DNA of 62,735 nucleotides. It comes from Thermococcus sp. JdFR-02. Lineage in GTDB: Archaea; Methanobacteriota_B; Thermococci; Thermococcales; Thermococcaceae. The stretch is from assembly GCA_002009975.1 (NCBI GenBank), contig MTLP01000025.1, forward strand, positions 1-62,735, read 5' to 3'. The notes below the pieces were generated by a model. It was not told where the DNA came from. It did not search any database and saw only the letters and a list, made by a program, of their open reading frames with translations. This document shows positions 11,925-23,081 of the stretch, one piece after another (position 1 is the first letter of the stretch; the number at the start of each line of letters is the position of its first letter). A program made the translations under genes and the position numbers.

Positions 11925-12343
11925 AAATGCCCGCTATGCAAGTTTCACGTTACTGGAGGCATTTTAAAGAAAAGTATCGCTTAGCTGGAACTAAATGTAA
12001 GAAATGCGGTAAGATTCACTTCCCACCAAGGCAAGTTTGTAATGAGTGTGGAAGTAGAGAGATGGAAGAGATACAGTTAAGCGGAAAAGGAAAAGTTGTG
12101 AGCTGGACAATAGTTAGAAATCCTCCAAGCGGCTTTGAATATTACAAACCCTATCCATTAGCTTTAGTTGAGCTTGAGGAAGGGCCAATAGTTCTAGCTC
12201 AATTGACAGATGTGAGCGAAGACGAAATAGACTTTGGAATGGAAGTTGAAATGGTAACAAGAAGGATTAGAGAGTTCAGCGAAGATGGAATAATACTTTA
12301 TGGCTACAAGTTTAGACCAGTGCTAAAAACAAGCAAAGATTAA
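11921..12343 (+). CDS. DUF35 Zn-ribbon/OB-fold scaffold protein
   Basis: CKKC...FPPR..CNEC followed by an OB fold; third gene of the known thiolase/HMGCS complex. Confidence 0.93.
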   Translation: MKMPAMQVSRYWRHFKEKYRLAGTKCKKCGKIHFPPRQVCNECGSREMEEIQLSGKGKVVSWTIVRNPPSGFEYYKPYPLALVELEEGPIVLAQLTDVSEDEIDFGMEVEMVTRRIREFSEDGIILYGYKFRPVLKTSKD

Positions 12344-12843
12344 TTCTTTCCTTCTTTTTTAAGCTCTTTGACCATTCTCACCCAAATGCCGCTCTGCCCA
12401 GCAATTTTAAACCCATAATGTTCATAAAATTTTATTGCAGGTATGTTCTTTTCTCCAACCCACAGCTCAATTTTATCATTGTATCTGCCGAGATACTCTA
12501 AGCATTTCTCCATTAATTTTTTTCCTATGCTCCTTCCTTGATATTCCTTATCAATAACAAATTCATGAATAGCTCCAACGATTTTACCCTCATACTTGCT
12601 ATACCAATCTCTATCACAAACAATAAATCCAACAATTTTATCGCCGATTTTAGCTACAAAAAAGCCATCTTTAGCCTTTTTCCAGCACCAATTTAGATAT
12701 CTCCTCGCATATCTTCTACCCTCTCCTCCATATTCTGGCATATCCTCGTAACCTCTCATATAAATTTCCACAAGCTCTTCCAGGATGTCCTGATTCCATT
12801 TTTCAATTTTCTCTATTTTTATCTCCTCCCTCATCTTCATCAT
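12340..12843 (-). CDS. GNAT family N-acetyltransferase
   Basis: YQGRSIGKKL motif A; N..AIKFYE.YGF motif B. Confidence 0.9.
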   Translation of the reverse strand: MMKMREEIKIEKIEKWNQDILEELVEIYMRGYEDMPEYGGEGRRYARRYLNWCWKKAKDGFFVAKIGDKIVGFIVCDRDWYSKYEGKIVGAIHEFVIDKEYQGRSIGKKLMEKCLEYLGRYNDKIELWVGEKNIPAIKFYEHYGFKIAGQSGIWVRMVKELKKEGKN

Positions 12844-12944
12844 AATAAGTTTAATAAGTGAATTTATAAAGGATTAGCCATTGTCAAGGATAGGCTTTTA
12901 TGGGTTAAGGACTATTTAAAATCAAGAGAGTGAAGGTGGTAGTA

Positions 12945-13481
12945 ATGCCAAAACCAGGGGCAAAAAGAATCTGTGAAATTTGTGGGGCTGAAATAAGAGG
13001 AGAAGGATACACTGTAAAGGTTGAAGGCGCTGAGCTTTTGGTTTGCGGGAGATGTCACTCTAAATATGGTAAGAAAAAGCCTGGGACTTTTAGTATAATG
13101 CCAAGCGGTAGAGAGTCTAGGAGGAGAGTTATTTCAAGACCAAGACCCAAGCCACAGCCAAGAAGAGAAAGACCCCTATACACTGAGGATATTGTTGAAG
13201 ATTATGCCCAAAGGGTTAGAGAAGCAAGAATGAGAAGTGGATTAAGTTTTGAAGAATTAGCGAGAAGGGTAGGCATATCAGAAAACGTCTTAAGAAGGAT
13301 CGAGCATGGGGAATTAACTCCAACGATTAGCATGGCCAAGAAGCTTGAGCGCTTTTTCAAAATTCAGCTCATTGAAAAAATTGAGCATGTTCATGAGCAC
13401 AAGGCAGGTATTCCAAGGGACTACGAACCGACCTTAGGAGATATTGCGAGGATTAAGATCAAGAAAAAGAAGAAAAAATAA
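12945..13481 (+). CDS. Archaeal multiprotein bridging factor aMBF1
   Basis: CEICG...CGRC Zn ribbon, Cro-like HTH, terminal TLGD motif. Confidence 0.92.
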   Translation: MPKPGAKRICEICGAEIRGEGYTVKVEGAELLVCGRCHSKYGKKKPGTFSIMPSGRESRRRVISRPRPKPQPRRERPLYTEDIVEDYAQRVREARMRSGLSFEELARRVGISENVLRRIEHGELTPTISMAKKLERFFKIQLIEKIEHVHEHKAGIPRDYEPTLGDIARIKIKKKKKK

Positions 13482-13498
13482 CAGCATTTTCTTTAGCT

Positions 13499-13891
13499 TC
13501 AAATCTCCATCTCTCCTTCAGCTTCAGTTCTCCTAATTTTCTTTGGAGGATGAAAGCCTTTAAGCTTTTCAAAAGTTCCCCATAAACGAAGAAGTTCCTT
13601 ATGAACCTTAGTATTAGGAGGAATAACGATTATATGAGCGGGAGGGTGAATTTCCCTCAACCTTCCTATTGCTTTTGCTGGAGGTAAATCTATTTGAGCA
13701 ACAACATGAGCATTGTATTTTCTCTTTGGTTTTTCCCCAACAATCTTTTCAAATGCCCAATCAGACAAAGCGGGAGGAATTATTTTTGGATCGCCTCTAA
13801 TTTGTGCTCCACCATATCTAACCAAATCTGCTAAAGCAACCATCGCTTTTTGGAAATTGTCTGTTCTCAATAAAACTATCGTGTTTAACAT
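13499..13891 (-). CDS. Conserved archaeal protein (DUF356-like)
   Basis: ALADLVRYG and [10 protein letters not shown] motifs. Confidence 0.7.
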   Translation of the reverse strand: MLNTIVLLRTDNFQKAMVALADLVRYGGAQIRGDPKIIPPALSDWAFEKIVGEKPKRKYNAHVVAQIDLPPAKAIGRLREIHPPAHIIVIPPNTKVHKELLRLWGTFEKLKGFHPPKKIRRTEAEGEMEI

Positions 13892-13986
13892 TTTCTACAC
13901 CATCACAACATGAGGGCTTAGGTTTAAAAAGGTTTGTTGGTGTATATATAAAGGGGTTTTTAAACCCACTAATTGGAGGTGTAATT

Positions 13987-14559
13987 ATGGTTGATATGAG
14001 CAAGGTAAAGCTAAGGATAGAGAACATCGTTGCCTCAGTTGACTTATTTACTTCCTTGGATTTAGAAAAGGTCATAGAGATTTGTCCCAACTCCAAATAT
14101 AACCCAGAGGAGTTCCCAGGCATAATATGTCGCTTTGATGAACCAAAGGTGGCTCTTCTTGTATTCAGCTCTGGAAAGTTGGTAGTTACCGGTGCTAAAA
14201 GCGTTGAGGATATTGAAAGAGCGGTTTCAAAGCTCGTTCAAATGTTATCAAAGATTGGAACAAAGTTCCAAAGGGCACCTAAAATTGATATTCAAAATAT
14301 GGTCTTTAGTGGTGACATCGGTATGGAGTTTAATCTCGATGCTGTTGCTTTAGCATTACCAAATTGTGAATATGAACCAGAACAGTTTCCAGGTGTTATT
14401 TATAGAGTAAAAGACCCAAGAGCTGTTATTTTGCTCTTTAGCTCTGGTAAAATAGTCTGTAGTGGGGCTAAAAGCGAGCATGATGCTTGGGAAGCTGTTA
14501 GAAAGCTCTTAAGAGAGCTCGAAAAGTATGGATTAATTGAAGAGGAAGAAGAATACTAG
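13987..14559 (+). CDS. tbp: TATA-box-binding protein
   Basis: Two repeats [16 protein letters not shown], LxFSSGKxV, acidic tail. Confidence 0.99.
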   Translation: MVDMSKVKLRIENIVASVDLFTSLDLEKVIEICPNSKYNPEEFPGIICRFDEPKVALLVFSSGKLVVTGAKSVEDIERAVSKLVQMLSKIGTKFQRAPKIDIQNMVFSGDIGMEFNLDAVALALPNCEYEPEQFPGVIYRVKDPRAVILLFSSGKIVCSGAKSEHDAWEAVRKLLRELEKYGLIEEEEEY

Positions 14560-14590
14560 CATTTTCTTTACTCTTTTTCTTGTGGTTAAA

Positions 14591-15589
14591 ATGAAATTCG
14601 AAATTTTGTATCATCCCTACTTTGAAAAGCATGAATCAAGAGAATATCATCCAGAAAATCCTCAAAGGCTAAAGTTTATTATTGACGGTTTAAAAGAGAA
14701 GGGACTGTGGAATAATATCGTGAAGCCGCCTCTAGCTAAAGTTGAAGAAGTATTAGAGGTTCACAAAAAGGAATACGTTGAAAGGGTTAGAAAGGCAATT
14801 GAGCTCAACCTTTCTCACTTAGATTCAGATACTTACGTTTCTGACGGAACTTGGAAGTCAGCATTAGCAGCTTTCGGTGCTTCAAGAGACGCTATGAGAA
14901 AGGCTTTAACTAAAAATGGTCTTTATTTTGCCTTAGTTAGACCTCCGGGACATCATGCTGGAAAAAGTGGAATAGCATTTAATGCTCCAACTTTAGGTTT
15001 TTGCATATTCAACAACGTTGCTGGAGCAGCAAAGTTGGCGGAAAAAGAAGGGTATAGAGTTGTCATTATAGATTTTGATGTTCATCACGGAAACGGAACG
15101 CAAGAGATATTTTGGGAAGATCCTAACGTTATTCACATTGATTTCCATGAAAGGAACATTTATCCAGGTTCTGGAGATATTTATGATATTGGTGGAGGTG
15201 AAGCGGAAGGAACAAAGATAAACATTCCCCTAGGGCACTATTCTAAGGATGATGACTACATCTATGCTTGGAATGAAATAGTTGAACCAATCCTTGATGA
15301 AGTAAAGCCAAAGGTTATAGCTGTTTCAGCAGGATTTGATGCATTTAATGGAGATGGCTTAGCAACTATGCAGCTGACGGAGAGATTTTATTACTTTGCA
15401 GGTGCTTCGCTTTCAAAGTTTAGTTTAGCAGTTGTTCTTGAAGGAGGCTACAGTATAGGCTTGAGAAAAGGACTTCCTGCTTTTATTGAAGGTTACATTG
15501 ATGGAAAAAGCGAGATTGAAGAAATTTCTCCAAGTTACGAGACCATCAGAGTGATTGAGAAAATTAGAGAAATTCAAAGCGAGTGGTAG
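14591..15589 (+). CDS. Histone deacetylase family protein
   Basis: HPENPQR, RPPGHHA, GFCIFNN, DFDVHHGNGTQ, SAGFD, LEGGY. Confidence 0.95.
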   Translation: MKFEILYHPYFEKHESREYHPENPQRLKFIIDGLKEKGLWNNIVKPPLAKVEEVLEVHKKEYVERVRKAIELNLSHLDSDTYVSDGTWKSALAAFGASRDAMRKALTKNGLYFALVRPPGHHAGKSGIAFNAPTLGFCIFNNVAGAAKLAEKEGYRVVIIDFDVHHGNGTQEIFWEDPNVIHIDFHERNIYPGSGDIYDIGGGEAEGTKINIPLGHYSKDDDYIYAWNEIVEPILDEVKPKVIAVSAGFDAFNGDGLATMQLTERFYYFAGASLSKFSLAVVLEGGYSIGLRKGLPAFIEGYIDGKSEIEEISPSYETIRVIEKIREIQSEW

Positions 15590-15707
15590 AAGATTTAGCT
15601 GAATAATACAGGGAACTTTCTTAATGATGTGTTTGATAGTGGACAAGATTGATATATTGCACTTCGTTTATAACTTTAAAATTTAAGGGGGAAACTCAAG
15701 GAGTAGA

Positions 15708-16202
15708 TCAACGATGCTTGTGCTTTTTCTTTTTTAATTCATTTTTCAGCGCTTCTCTGTACTGTTCAAGCGCTTTGATGACCTCGTCAAGGAATGTTAA
15801 ATATTCTTCAAGAGCTTTGGGTGGAAGGTCCTTCACATATCCGAGTGCGTTCAGCTTTTCTCTTATTACCATATGGTACTTTGCAGCCATTAAAAGACCC
15901 CGTAGTGCAATGTAATTCGCATCTCCGAGTTGTTTCCATCCCTTCTCAGTGAGCGAGTACTTCACAATTCGTCTTTTGCCTCGATACTCTTCATGAGGTT
16001 CTATTAGACCTTCCTCTGCCAATTTGCTGAGAAGGGGATAAAGATTCCCATAGCTCGGCTTCCAGACTCCTGAAGTGATGTTTTCTATTTCCTTGATTAT
16101 CTCATAGCCGTGAGCTTTTCCTTTGAGGGCGATTATCAAGAGTATTGTATTTCTTATAGGCACTGTAAACATGCTCCGCATAACGTTCGCTTCAGATGAC
16201 AT
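15708..16202 (-). CDS. PadR family transcriptional regulator
   Basis: HGYEIIKEI...PSYGNLYPLL..L.EEGLI...YSLTEKG. Confidence 0.93.
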   Translation of the reverse strand: MSSEANVMRSMFTVPIRNTILLIIALKGKAHGYEIIKEIENITSGVWKPSYGNLYPLLSKLAEEGLIEPHEEYRGKRRIVKYSLTEKGWKQLGDANYIALRGLLMAAKYHMVIREKLNALGYVKDLPPKALEEYLTFLDEVIKALEQYREALKNELKKKKHKHR

Positions 16203-16240
16203 GACCTACCACCAGCCGAAAGGTTTATAGTACAAACTAG

Positions 16241-16274
16241 TATATCGAAATTAGATATATTGGATTTAGATGTA
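16241..16274. promoter_or_regulatory. Putative PadR operator (palindrome plus overlapping degenerate copy)
   Basis: TATATCgaaattaGATATA at 16241-16259 and a similar TATATtggatttaGATgTA at 16256-16274, in the divergent intergenic region. Confidence 0.45.
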
Positions 16275-16309
16275 TCCTTAGTGTATTTGAACACTGGGGC
16301 TTAAAAGGT

Positions 16310-17311
16310 TTGGGGAAGAGCATGGGGGTGATTAAAATTATGAGTGAACAAAAGCTGCTTAATTTTGTGTATAAAATTATGTGGGAACCAGTTAAAAAGA
16401 CTGGAACTATCATACCCTCCGACGAAAATTCTCGTGAATTTGCTTTTCAAAGGCTCTTTCAAAGCGGATCGAAGAGTATTTATCATTATCTTTCACTTAG
16501 AGAGAAGGTTGAACTCTTTCCTCTTATCCTTCACAATATAATTCAAGTAATGAAAAGCACCAGAAGCTTGGATAAGGAGCCAGAGAGGGAGATAATAGAA
16601 CCTGAAGAATTAAAGAAGATTGAAGAATATGCAAAAAGACTTGGCGTTTCCTCATTGGGTTATTGTAAAGTTGAAAGAGATGATATCTTCAAAGGATTTG
16701 GAATCATCTATGATCACGCCATTGTTTTCAGCGTTGAAATGGATAAAAAAGAAATTTCCAAAGCCCCGAGCTTTTCTACCATGAAAATGATTTACAAGAG
16801 TTATGCAACCACAGGCGTTATCGCAAATAAATTGGCAAAGCGATTGAGGGAAATGGGTTTTGGTGCACATGCAGGACCAGGTTTAGGAGGTTTGACAATT
16901 TATCCCGTTTTAGCGGAGAAAGCTGGAATTGGAACATTTGGACGAAATGGGCTGATTATCACTCCTAAGCATGGTCCAAGGATTAGATTGGGTGTTGTAT
17001 ACACGAATATCGTTAATCTGCCGGAAAACAGAGAAAAAGAAGAGTATTCATGGGTAAAAGACTTCTGCATGAAGTGTGGCAAGTGCATCAAAGAGTGTCC
17101 CGCACAGGCAATCTATGAAAAACCGGTTGTGACAAGGGGAAATTATCTTGCTCATATAGACACCATAAAATGTGGCAGCTTTTTTGTCAAAAACTATGGT
17201 TGTGGGATTTGTATAAAGGTGTGTCCTTTTAATTCCATCGACTATGAAACGCTAAAAAAGAGTTGGCTAAGGCTAAAAAAGGACAAAGATGTGCACAACG
17301 GGTCAAATTAG
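16310..17311 (+). CDS. QueG/reductive dehalogenase-like 2x[4Fe-4S] protein, paralog 1
   Basis: AEKAGIG.FGRNGLIITP.HGPRIRL; CxxCxxCxxxCP and C-x9-CxxCxxxCP. True start may be 16322 or 16340. Confidence 0.85.
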   Translation: MGKSMGVIKIMSEQKLLNFVYKIMWEPVKKTGTIIPSDENSREFAFQRLFQSGSKSIYHYLSLREKVELFPLILHNIIQVMKSTRSLDKEPEREIIEPEELKKIEEYAKRLGVSSLGYCKVERDDIFKGFGIIYDHAIVFSVEMDKKEISKAPSFSTMKMIYKSYATTGVIANKLAKRLREMGFGAHAGPGLGGLTIYPVLAEKAGIGTFGRNGLIITPKHGPRIRLGVVYTNIVNLPENREKEEYSWVKDFCMKCGKCIKECPAQAIYEKPVVTRGNYLAHIDTIKCGSFFVKNYGCGICIKVCPFNSIDYETLKKSWLRLKKDKDVHNGSN

Positions 17312-17331
17312 TCGAACTGGAGGCGTGAAAA

Positions 17332-18315
17332 ATGACCAGCTTAAAGGTCAAGCTCGCCAAGAAGTTCGTCTCCTTTGTTCTCTCTGACATGAGAAAGCTC
17401 GTGCCAGAGGAAACATCAATAATAGAACCTTCACCTAATTCCTTCGATGGAAAGACTGTCCCTGAGGTTGTTGCTATCCACGGGCGCCCTGGAATTCATA
17501 TCCTCAAGATGCTCATTGCCCTCCCATACCTCATGAAGACAGCTTACTATGCACGTAAAAGCATTAAAAGCATCAATAAAAATCCCAAAAACCCAAAGAA
17601 AACGGCTGATAAAGAATTTTTCCATGAACTGGAGGAGTATGCTAGAAAGCTTGGCATCGTCGCCGTAGGCTACACTGAAGTGCCAAGAGAGTATATTTTC
17701 AAGAATCGTGTCCTTCTCTTCAAGAACGCCATAGTCCTGCTCATGAATATGGATAAAGGGCGCATGGAGAAAGCACCAAGCGTTACAGCCGGCAGGGAGG
17801 TTTGGAGGACCTACGCTGAGCTCAGCAAAGCAGTCTATAAACTGGCTGAGTTTCTGAGGGAACACGGCTATTCAGCACAACCCGACCCACCGGTCGGAGG
17901 GAGCACAAACTTCCCACTCCTCGCTCAGAAAGCTGGTCTCGGCTACATAGGAAAGCATGGACTTTTAATCTCTGAAAGGAACGGTTCATCACAGAGAATC
18001 GCAGCTGTGTACACAAACATAGAGAATCTTCCATTTACCGATGAAAGGGTGAAGCTCTACTCATGGATCTCAGAGTTCTGCAAAATCTGCAACCGCTGCG
18101 TGGAGGAGTGCCCGGCTCAGGCAATATATCCCGAGCCTCTTGTCCTTAAAGATGGAAAAAAGGTTTACATAGACTATAAAAAGTGTGCTGAAGTATTCTC
18201 AAAGACCCTCGGCTGTGGTGTGTGCATCAAGGAGTGTACCTTCTTCAAGGGCGACTTCTTCAGGATAAGGAAAGCCTACGAGAAGATTGTAGAGAAAAAG
18301 AGAGAGTCAAGTTGA
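17332..18315 (+). CDS. QueG/reductive dehalogenase-like 2x[4Fe-4S] protein, paralog 2
   Basis: AQKAGLGYIGKHGLLI; CKICNRCVEECP and C-x9-CGVCIKEC. Confidence 0.85.
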   Translation: MTSLKVKLAKKFVSFVLSDMRKLVPEETSIIEPSPNSFDGKTVPEVVAIHGRPGIHILKMLIALPYLMKTAYYARKSIKSINKNPKNPKKTADKEFFHELEEYARKLGIVAVGYTEVPREYIFKNRVLLFKNAIVLLMNMDKGRMEKAPSVTAGREVWRTYAELSKAVYKLAEFLREHGYSAQPDPPVGGSTNFPLLAQKAGLGYIGKHGLLISERNGSSQRIAAVYTNIENLPFTDERVKLYSWISEFCKICNRCVEECPAQAIYPEPLVLKDGKKVYIDYKKCAEVFSKTLGCGVCIKECTFFKGDFFRIRKAYEKIVEKKRESS

Positions 18316-18515
18316 TAATCTTTTACCCAGTCTTCATCAAACCATAGTTTAGGCGCTCCTCTTTTATCTGCCTTTTTATTTCCCACTAATCCTTTGCAAG
18401 CTAGAGAAGTGAATTTTCTTGGATAAATGAGTATTTATTTCTGTTTTTAAATTTGATGAGAAAGATCTTTGGGTTTAGGATTCACATTTAATAGTAAATA
18501 ACAAAAAAGAGTCAG

Positions 18516-20024
18516 CTAAACGGAGCATGCGGAGGACTTCCCATCATGGTTCAATATTTTAGTAATGACATATCTAATATTCTTCATATCCATATCTAAC
18601 CTAGACTTGAGAGTTTCCACGTCATATGCAACGACGTAGAGCTTTGTCTCATCAAAAAACTCAAACTCAAGATATTTTTTGTTCTTTAATTCCTTGTTGT
18701 AGGTGTCACTCGATGGGAAGATTAAAACTGCAGGGATTTTTGGCTCGATCTTGTTTTTGCGTTTTTCCTTCGAATCATGTTCAAGAATCTTTGAGTAAAC
18801 GTAGAGCTGACGTGCCATGTCTGAACTTGGCATATTTTCTTTGAATTCCCGATATTTTGCATCTAAAACTAACACTGGTGTTTCTCTTCTAATTATGACA
18901 TAATCTGGTTTTTGAGGTAGGCATTTTGTGAGTTTTGAGCATTTTTCTCTTTCTCTAGTGTATCTTCTCAGTTTTAAAAAGGGATATTCTTCCTGATACA
19001 GGAGATCATAGTCTTCTGGAAGGTTCCTGCGAATGATCTTGGCAATAAACCGCTCAAACAGCTCGTTCATATCCACGAAGAAGCCGCTGACTTCTCTGTC
19101 TCTGCCTTCTCCCTTAGGCGGCATAAATAATAGCTTTGCAAGCTCAAATGGATGCTTAAATCTCTCATTGAGTCTCGTAAAGTGGACACGCTCAAAGTGC
19201 TCTCTTGTGAGGCGGATTGGAGTTACGCCATCAAAAACCAGCATTAACTCCTCAAGGAGCTTCTTGTTTGTCTGCCATGCGGTCTTTCCTAGAGCTATCC
19301 TTATAGAAGCGTAAAAGATTCTGTTTAAGAGATTATCTTCAATGAGTTCGTGAACCTCAACGCTGAAGGTATTGAGCTGGTGCGGTAGCTTTCTTATCTG
19401 TTTGCTCAAAAGAAGCTTTCCCCGGAGAAACTTCTCCTCACTGTGGAGTTCAACGTACTCTCTGTGGTAGCCTCTCTGAATTTCGTTCCAAAGGCTTTTT
19501 GCAAAGAGGTAGATGAAAATCTCGTAGAGGTTTGGACGGAGTTTTCTTCCCTGGAGATATGCTAAATCATGGTCTCTTATCTTCAATCCATAAGCAAGGT
19601 TTAGCATTCGAATGAATGCCATGATAGAATCCCATGTACCATCTTTGTTATCGTTTCCATCCGTAGTGTTATTGATCTGAGGTTTGTTTGCTTTTTCGGG
19701 GTTTGGTTTGAAGACCTTGGGTAATACCTGGACAAAGACGTTACCAACGGCGGCAAAGCCGACATAGTGGCGGACTCCAACATAATCTGAATAGCGAATA
19801 TCAAACACTGCCAATTTCTCAGATAGCTCCTTTTTGTTCTGATCGGGATTATCGTTAGACTCCGAGCGGATATTTTTAAACTCCCTGTTTATCTTTCGTA
19901 GAGTTTCATAGATTTCTTTCTCAGATATTTTGTATTTTTGTGCAAGAGTGGAATACTCCGTCTCTTTTGAATCCTGATGCTCATACAGTGTTATCGTGAC
20001 GGTTTGTCTTGGCATGGATATCAC
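18516..20024 (-). CDS. mcrC: McrC family restriction endonuclease subunit
   Basis: [23 protein letters not shown]...LDAKY, QLYVY; coupled to mcrB. Confidence 0.92.
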   Translation of the reverse strand: MISMPRQTVTITLYEHQDSKETEYSTLAQKYKISEKEIYETLRKINREFKNIRSESNDNPDQNKKELSEKLAVFDIRYSDYVGVRHYVGFAAVGNVFVQVLPKVFKPNPEKANKPQINNTTDGNDNKDGTWDSIMAFIRMLNLAYGLKIRDHDLAYLQGRKLRPNLYEIFIYLFAKSLWNEIQRGYHREYVELHSEEKFLRGKLLLSKQIRKLPHQLNTFSVEVHELIEDNLLNRIFYASIRIALGKTAWQTNKKLLEELMLVFDGVTPIRLTREHFERVHFTRLNERFKHPFELAKLLFMPPKGEGRDREVSGFFVDMNELFERFIAKIIRRNLPEDYDLLYQEEYPFLKLRRYTREREKCSKLTKCLPQKPDYVIIRRETPVLVLDAKYREFKENMPSSDMARQLYVYSKILEHDSKEKRKNKIEPKIPAVLIFPSSDTYNKELKNKKYLEFEFFDETKLYVVAYDVETLKSRLDMDMKNIRYVITKILNHDGKSSACSV

Positions 20025-22630
20025 TGATTGAGTTCTTGGTTTGATGTGGCTCCATTATCAGATTCTGAAGCTTGTTTTCCATTGGTGATGTTCTCTTTAA
20101 TTCCAGCAACCCGCTTTAATGCTTTGATGAACTCCTCATCTTTTTTCATAAGATCCCAGTTCACTTCATAAATTGTGGTCTCATTGCCATAGGGTAAGTT
20201 TTTCAAGTATTTTTCTGAGTTCTCTAGAACGGTAAAGAAAGCATTACTCCTGTGAATATCACTCTCATTTAACACCCACTTTATCGTGTCCCAGTCGTTG
20301 TAGAAGTACTCCATTAATAGTGGGAGAATCTCGTTGTACCAGACATGCTTAAGTTCCTCAATAGTCTTCACCTTCATGAAGTAGCTATGGCCTATCCTGT
20401 GGTCACGGTCTTTAACGGCGGTTATGCGCGCATTGAGTGCTTCAAGAAGATCTTTGAGAGTTATTTTCTTGCCATCCACCTCAATCTCCTTGCCATCAAG
20501 ACAGGAAGGATCAGGCCCGACTTCAATGAACGCAAAGCGCCTCCTTAGAGCGACATCAAGGAGTGCGATGCTCCTATCGGCGGTGTTCATCGTACCGATG
20601 ATGTAGAGGTTCGGCGGTACTGCAAAAGGTTCGCTTGAGTATGGTAAGGTTACGATAAGTGGATAATCTCCATCGAGACGCTTGTCCTTCTCAAGTAGGG
20701 TTATTAGTTCACCGAAAATCTTGCTGATATTCCCACGGTTGATTTCGTCGATGATGAGGTAGAACTTAACCTCATCTTTCACCAAGCCCTCTGAATTGTA
20801 GAAAATCCCTTTAAGATCCTTTGGCCTAAGTTCTTTTACCTGTTCCCAGAGGTATTTCTTGAGATTCAAATATTCCCTATATTCCTCCGGCGATAAGGGT
20901 TCCTTCTTTCTTAGCAACTTCTCTAACTGTACCAACTTTTCCCGGTCGATATTGATATTGTCCGCGCTTAACAGTCCTCCGACTAGTGCTTTGAGTACCA
21001 TCTTCTTGAATATCCCATCTTCAACCGCATACCAGATTTTGTTTTCGTTATTTTTGTTTTCGTAACTCCTAGGCCTGAACCCCTCAATAAACTCCTCATA
21101 GCTGTAGGACTGGTGGAAGGTGATGAACTCCCAGCGGTTTCCGGGTTTGTCTTCGCCAGTTTCTTTAACAACATACTGTCTCGCAAGCCAAGTCTTTCCA
21201 GTTCCAGGGGGGCCATAGAGGATAACCTGACCCTTTCTATTCAGTTGTGTTGGAATAAGCTCTCTGAACTTTACCGGTATGTCTTTTCTACTATTGGCTA
21301 TATCTCCACACTCTTTCTCGTTTCGATACGCCAAATAGTAAGCCATCTCAAGCATATCATCTACTTGAAGACTTTCTGCAGCTTTATGCATAACTTTTAG
21401 GAATTCTCCTGTCTGCTTTATAGAACTTTTGCCTCTGGGATAGTAGAATTTTGGTTTGAAGTTAAGACCCTGAACAATATCATCACTAACAGTGCCGGCA
21501 TGGAGAGGTAGAAACAGATCCGGCCTAATAATAGCTGCTAAGCTCGTTAGGACTGTCCCTCCCGCAGGCTTGGCACCCCAAGCCTTTTTCCAGCTGTTAC
21601 TCTCTAAGATCTCATCCAAGGATTCAGCGTTCCATACATCATTCAAGAACTTACGTAGATTTGTGTCAGTTAATAGTTGTTTTGTAGCTGACATATCTTT
21701 TGTATACATCAAGGTGTAACCTTCTTGGAATAACTTTCCCCATCTTGAATCTTTTTCTATCTTGTCAACGACTTCATAAAGCCTGGAAATGTCTTCCTCT
21801 GAAATTTCCTCCTTAGCTAATAACTCAAGTAAGAGTGCTCTCGCCTCTTCTAGATACTTTTCTAATTTGTCTTTAATCTGCAACCATGACTGGCGGCAGT
21901 TCGGTATAGTGCTTTCTAGTATTTTCACGATATTTTCTACTCTCCAGTCTGCCTTATCAAAATAGTTAAACATCATGTCGATCTCTGCGTTAATTGGAAC
22001 TTTATCCTCCGAGAGTTCTCCAACAATTCTTGAATACTCTTGTTTCAACTGCTCAAATGCATTCCTGAAATCTTCGTAATCCTCATAATTAAAATCAAAA
22101 TATTTCTCTACAAACCTACGAGCACAAGTGTTGTAAACCGGAGCATTATCTATATGGAGCTTACCATATAGTTCTCCCAGAATATTTCGTAAGTGACCGC
22201 GTAAGTTTTTGAGCTTCTGAGTTTTTTCGGGATAGCTAATCTGCAATAAATTATAAAACTGCTCTACCCACTCGTTTTTAAAGATTGGACTTTGTTTCAT
22301 TTCTATAATGATATTCCTAAATGACTCTAGTTCTTCAGAACTAGCAGTGTTTATGAATGAGTTTATTAACCCGAGTCTATGAGCCCATAAAAGCTTTTTC
22401 TCCTTTTTCATCTCAAATAGTTTTCTTAGTTGTGTCCTAATATTCTCCGGATCTGTGCTTGCTTCGAGCTCATCAACAATTGTTCTTACAGTTTTTCCAG
22501 TTTTAACCCACCAAGAATTATTGGTCAGGTCATAATGCTCGTATTTCTTTCCAGTACGTTCAACAAATTCTTTCCACTGTTTTAGAGTCCTTTCAAGCTC
22601 CTCCCGTTTATCTTTCTTCAATTCCGCCAT
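20021..22630 (-). CDS. mcrB: McrB family AAA+ GTPase with long N-terminal region
   Basis: [35 protein letters not shown]...ALRRRF, IGHSYF. Confidence 0.95.
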   Translation of the reverse strand: MAELKKDKREELERTLKQWKEFVERTGKKYEHYDLTNNSWWVKTGKTVRTIVDELEASTDPENIRTQLRKLFEMKKEKKLLWAHRLGLINSFINTASSEELESFRNIIIEMKQSPIFKNEWVEQFYNLLQISYPEKTQKLKNLRGHLRNILGELYGKLHIDNAPVYNTCARRFVEKYFDFNYEDYEDFRNAFEQLKQEYSRIVGELSEDKVPINAEIDMMFNYFDKADWRVENIVKILESTIPNCRQSWLQIKDKLEKYLEEARALLLELLAKEEISEEDISRLYEVVDKIEKDSRWGKLFQEGYTLMYTKDMSATKQLLTDTNLRKFLNDVWNAESLDEILESNSWKKAWGAKPAGGTVLTSLAAIIRPDLFLPLHAGTVSDDIVQGLNFKPKFYYPRGKSSIKQTGEFLKVMHKAAESLQVDDMLEMAYYLAYRNEKECGDIANSRKDIPVKFRELIPTQLNRKGQVILYGPPGTGKTWLARQYVVKETGEDKPGNRWEFITFHQSYSYEEFIEGFRPRSYENKNNENKIWYAVEDGIFKKMVLKALVGGLLSADNINIDREKLVQLEKLLRKKEPLSPEEYREYLNLKKYLWEQVKELRPKDLKGIFYNSEGLVKDEVKFYLIIDEINRGNISKIFGELITLLEKDKRLDGDYPLIVTLPYSSEPFAVPPNLYIIGTMNTADRSIALLDVALRRRFAFIEVGPDPSCLDGKEIEVDGKKITLKDLLEALNARITAVKDRDHRIGHSYFMKVKTIEELKHVWYNEILPLLMEYFYNDWDTIKWVLNESDIHRSNAFFTVLENSEKYLKNLPYGNETTIYEVNWDLMKKDEEFIKALKRVAGIKENITNGKQASESDNGATSNQELNQ

Positions 22631-22634
22631 AACA

Positions 22635-23078
22635 TCACCCCCATATCTCCTTCCCAACTTTATCTAGAATTTTCTTTATCCCCCTCCAATAAATCAAATC
22701 GTCCTCTGTTTGTATTCTCTCTTCATTCACCAGATATGCTCCTCCTGGAGTTTGAACAATCAATTTCTGCTCCAAAAGCTCCTTAAGAGTATCCTCCAAA
22801 GATTTCCAAGGTTTTATTATGTTCGAGAACATCTCCCTATCTACATAATAGAGAACTGCCAAGAATTCTTCGAGATCACCCTTAGTAATCCCTCCGCTCT
22901 TTCCCTTAACATGCTGAAGGTAGTAGATAATATTCAAAAGCAAGAACCTTCTCCGCCCAGCCCTAAGCCAATCCTCCCAGTGTTCAAGATGCTTTTCTGG
23001 ATTTTCTATACAATCCTTAATATACTCAAAAACTCTAGCAAACCTTTCCTCCTTCTCATCTGGAGGTTTATCATCCAT
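22635..23078 (-). CDS. Hypothetical protein, possible winged-helix fold
   Basis: Tightly packed in the operon; [24 protein letters not shown] resembles a wHTH wing. Confidence 0.55.
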   Translation of the reverse strand: MDDKPPDEKEERFARVFEYIKDCIENPEKHLEHWEDWLRAGRRRFLLLNIIYYLQHVKGKSGGITKGDLEEFLAVLYYVDREMFSNIIKPWKSLEDTLKELLEQKLIVQTPGGAYLVNEERIQTEDDLIYWRGIKKILDKVGKEIWG

Positions 23079-23081
23079 AAC

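Noticed and set aside
9707-12343. HMG-CoA synthase/thiolase/DUF35 cluster as a novel pathway
   Set aside because: Well-described archaeal mevalonate-pathway channelling complex.
15580-15598. Stop read-through at the HDAC end (TGG TAG AAG ATT TAG)
   Set aside because: Would add only three residues; more simply a natural or mutated C-terminus, and untestable here.
22635-23078. Panacea/SocA (DUF4065) antitoxin call
   Set aside because: Only a faint LYY.D resemblance; the GP motif is missing, so it was left as hypothetical.
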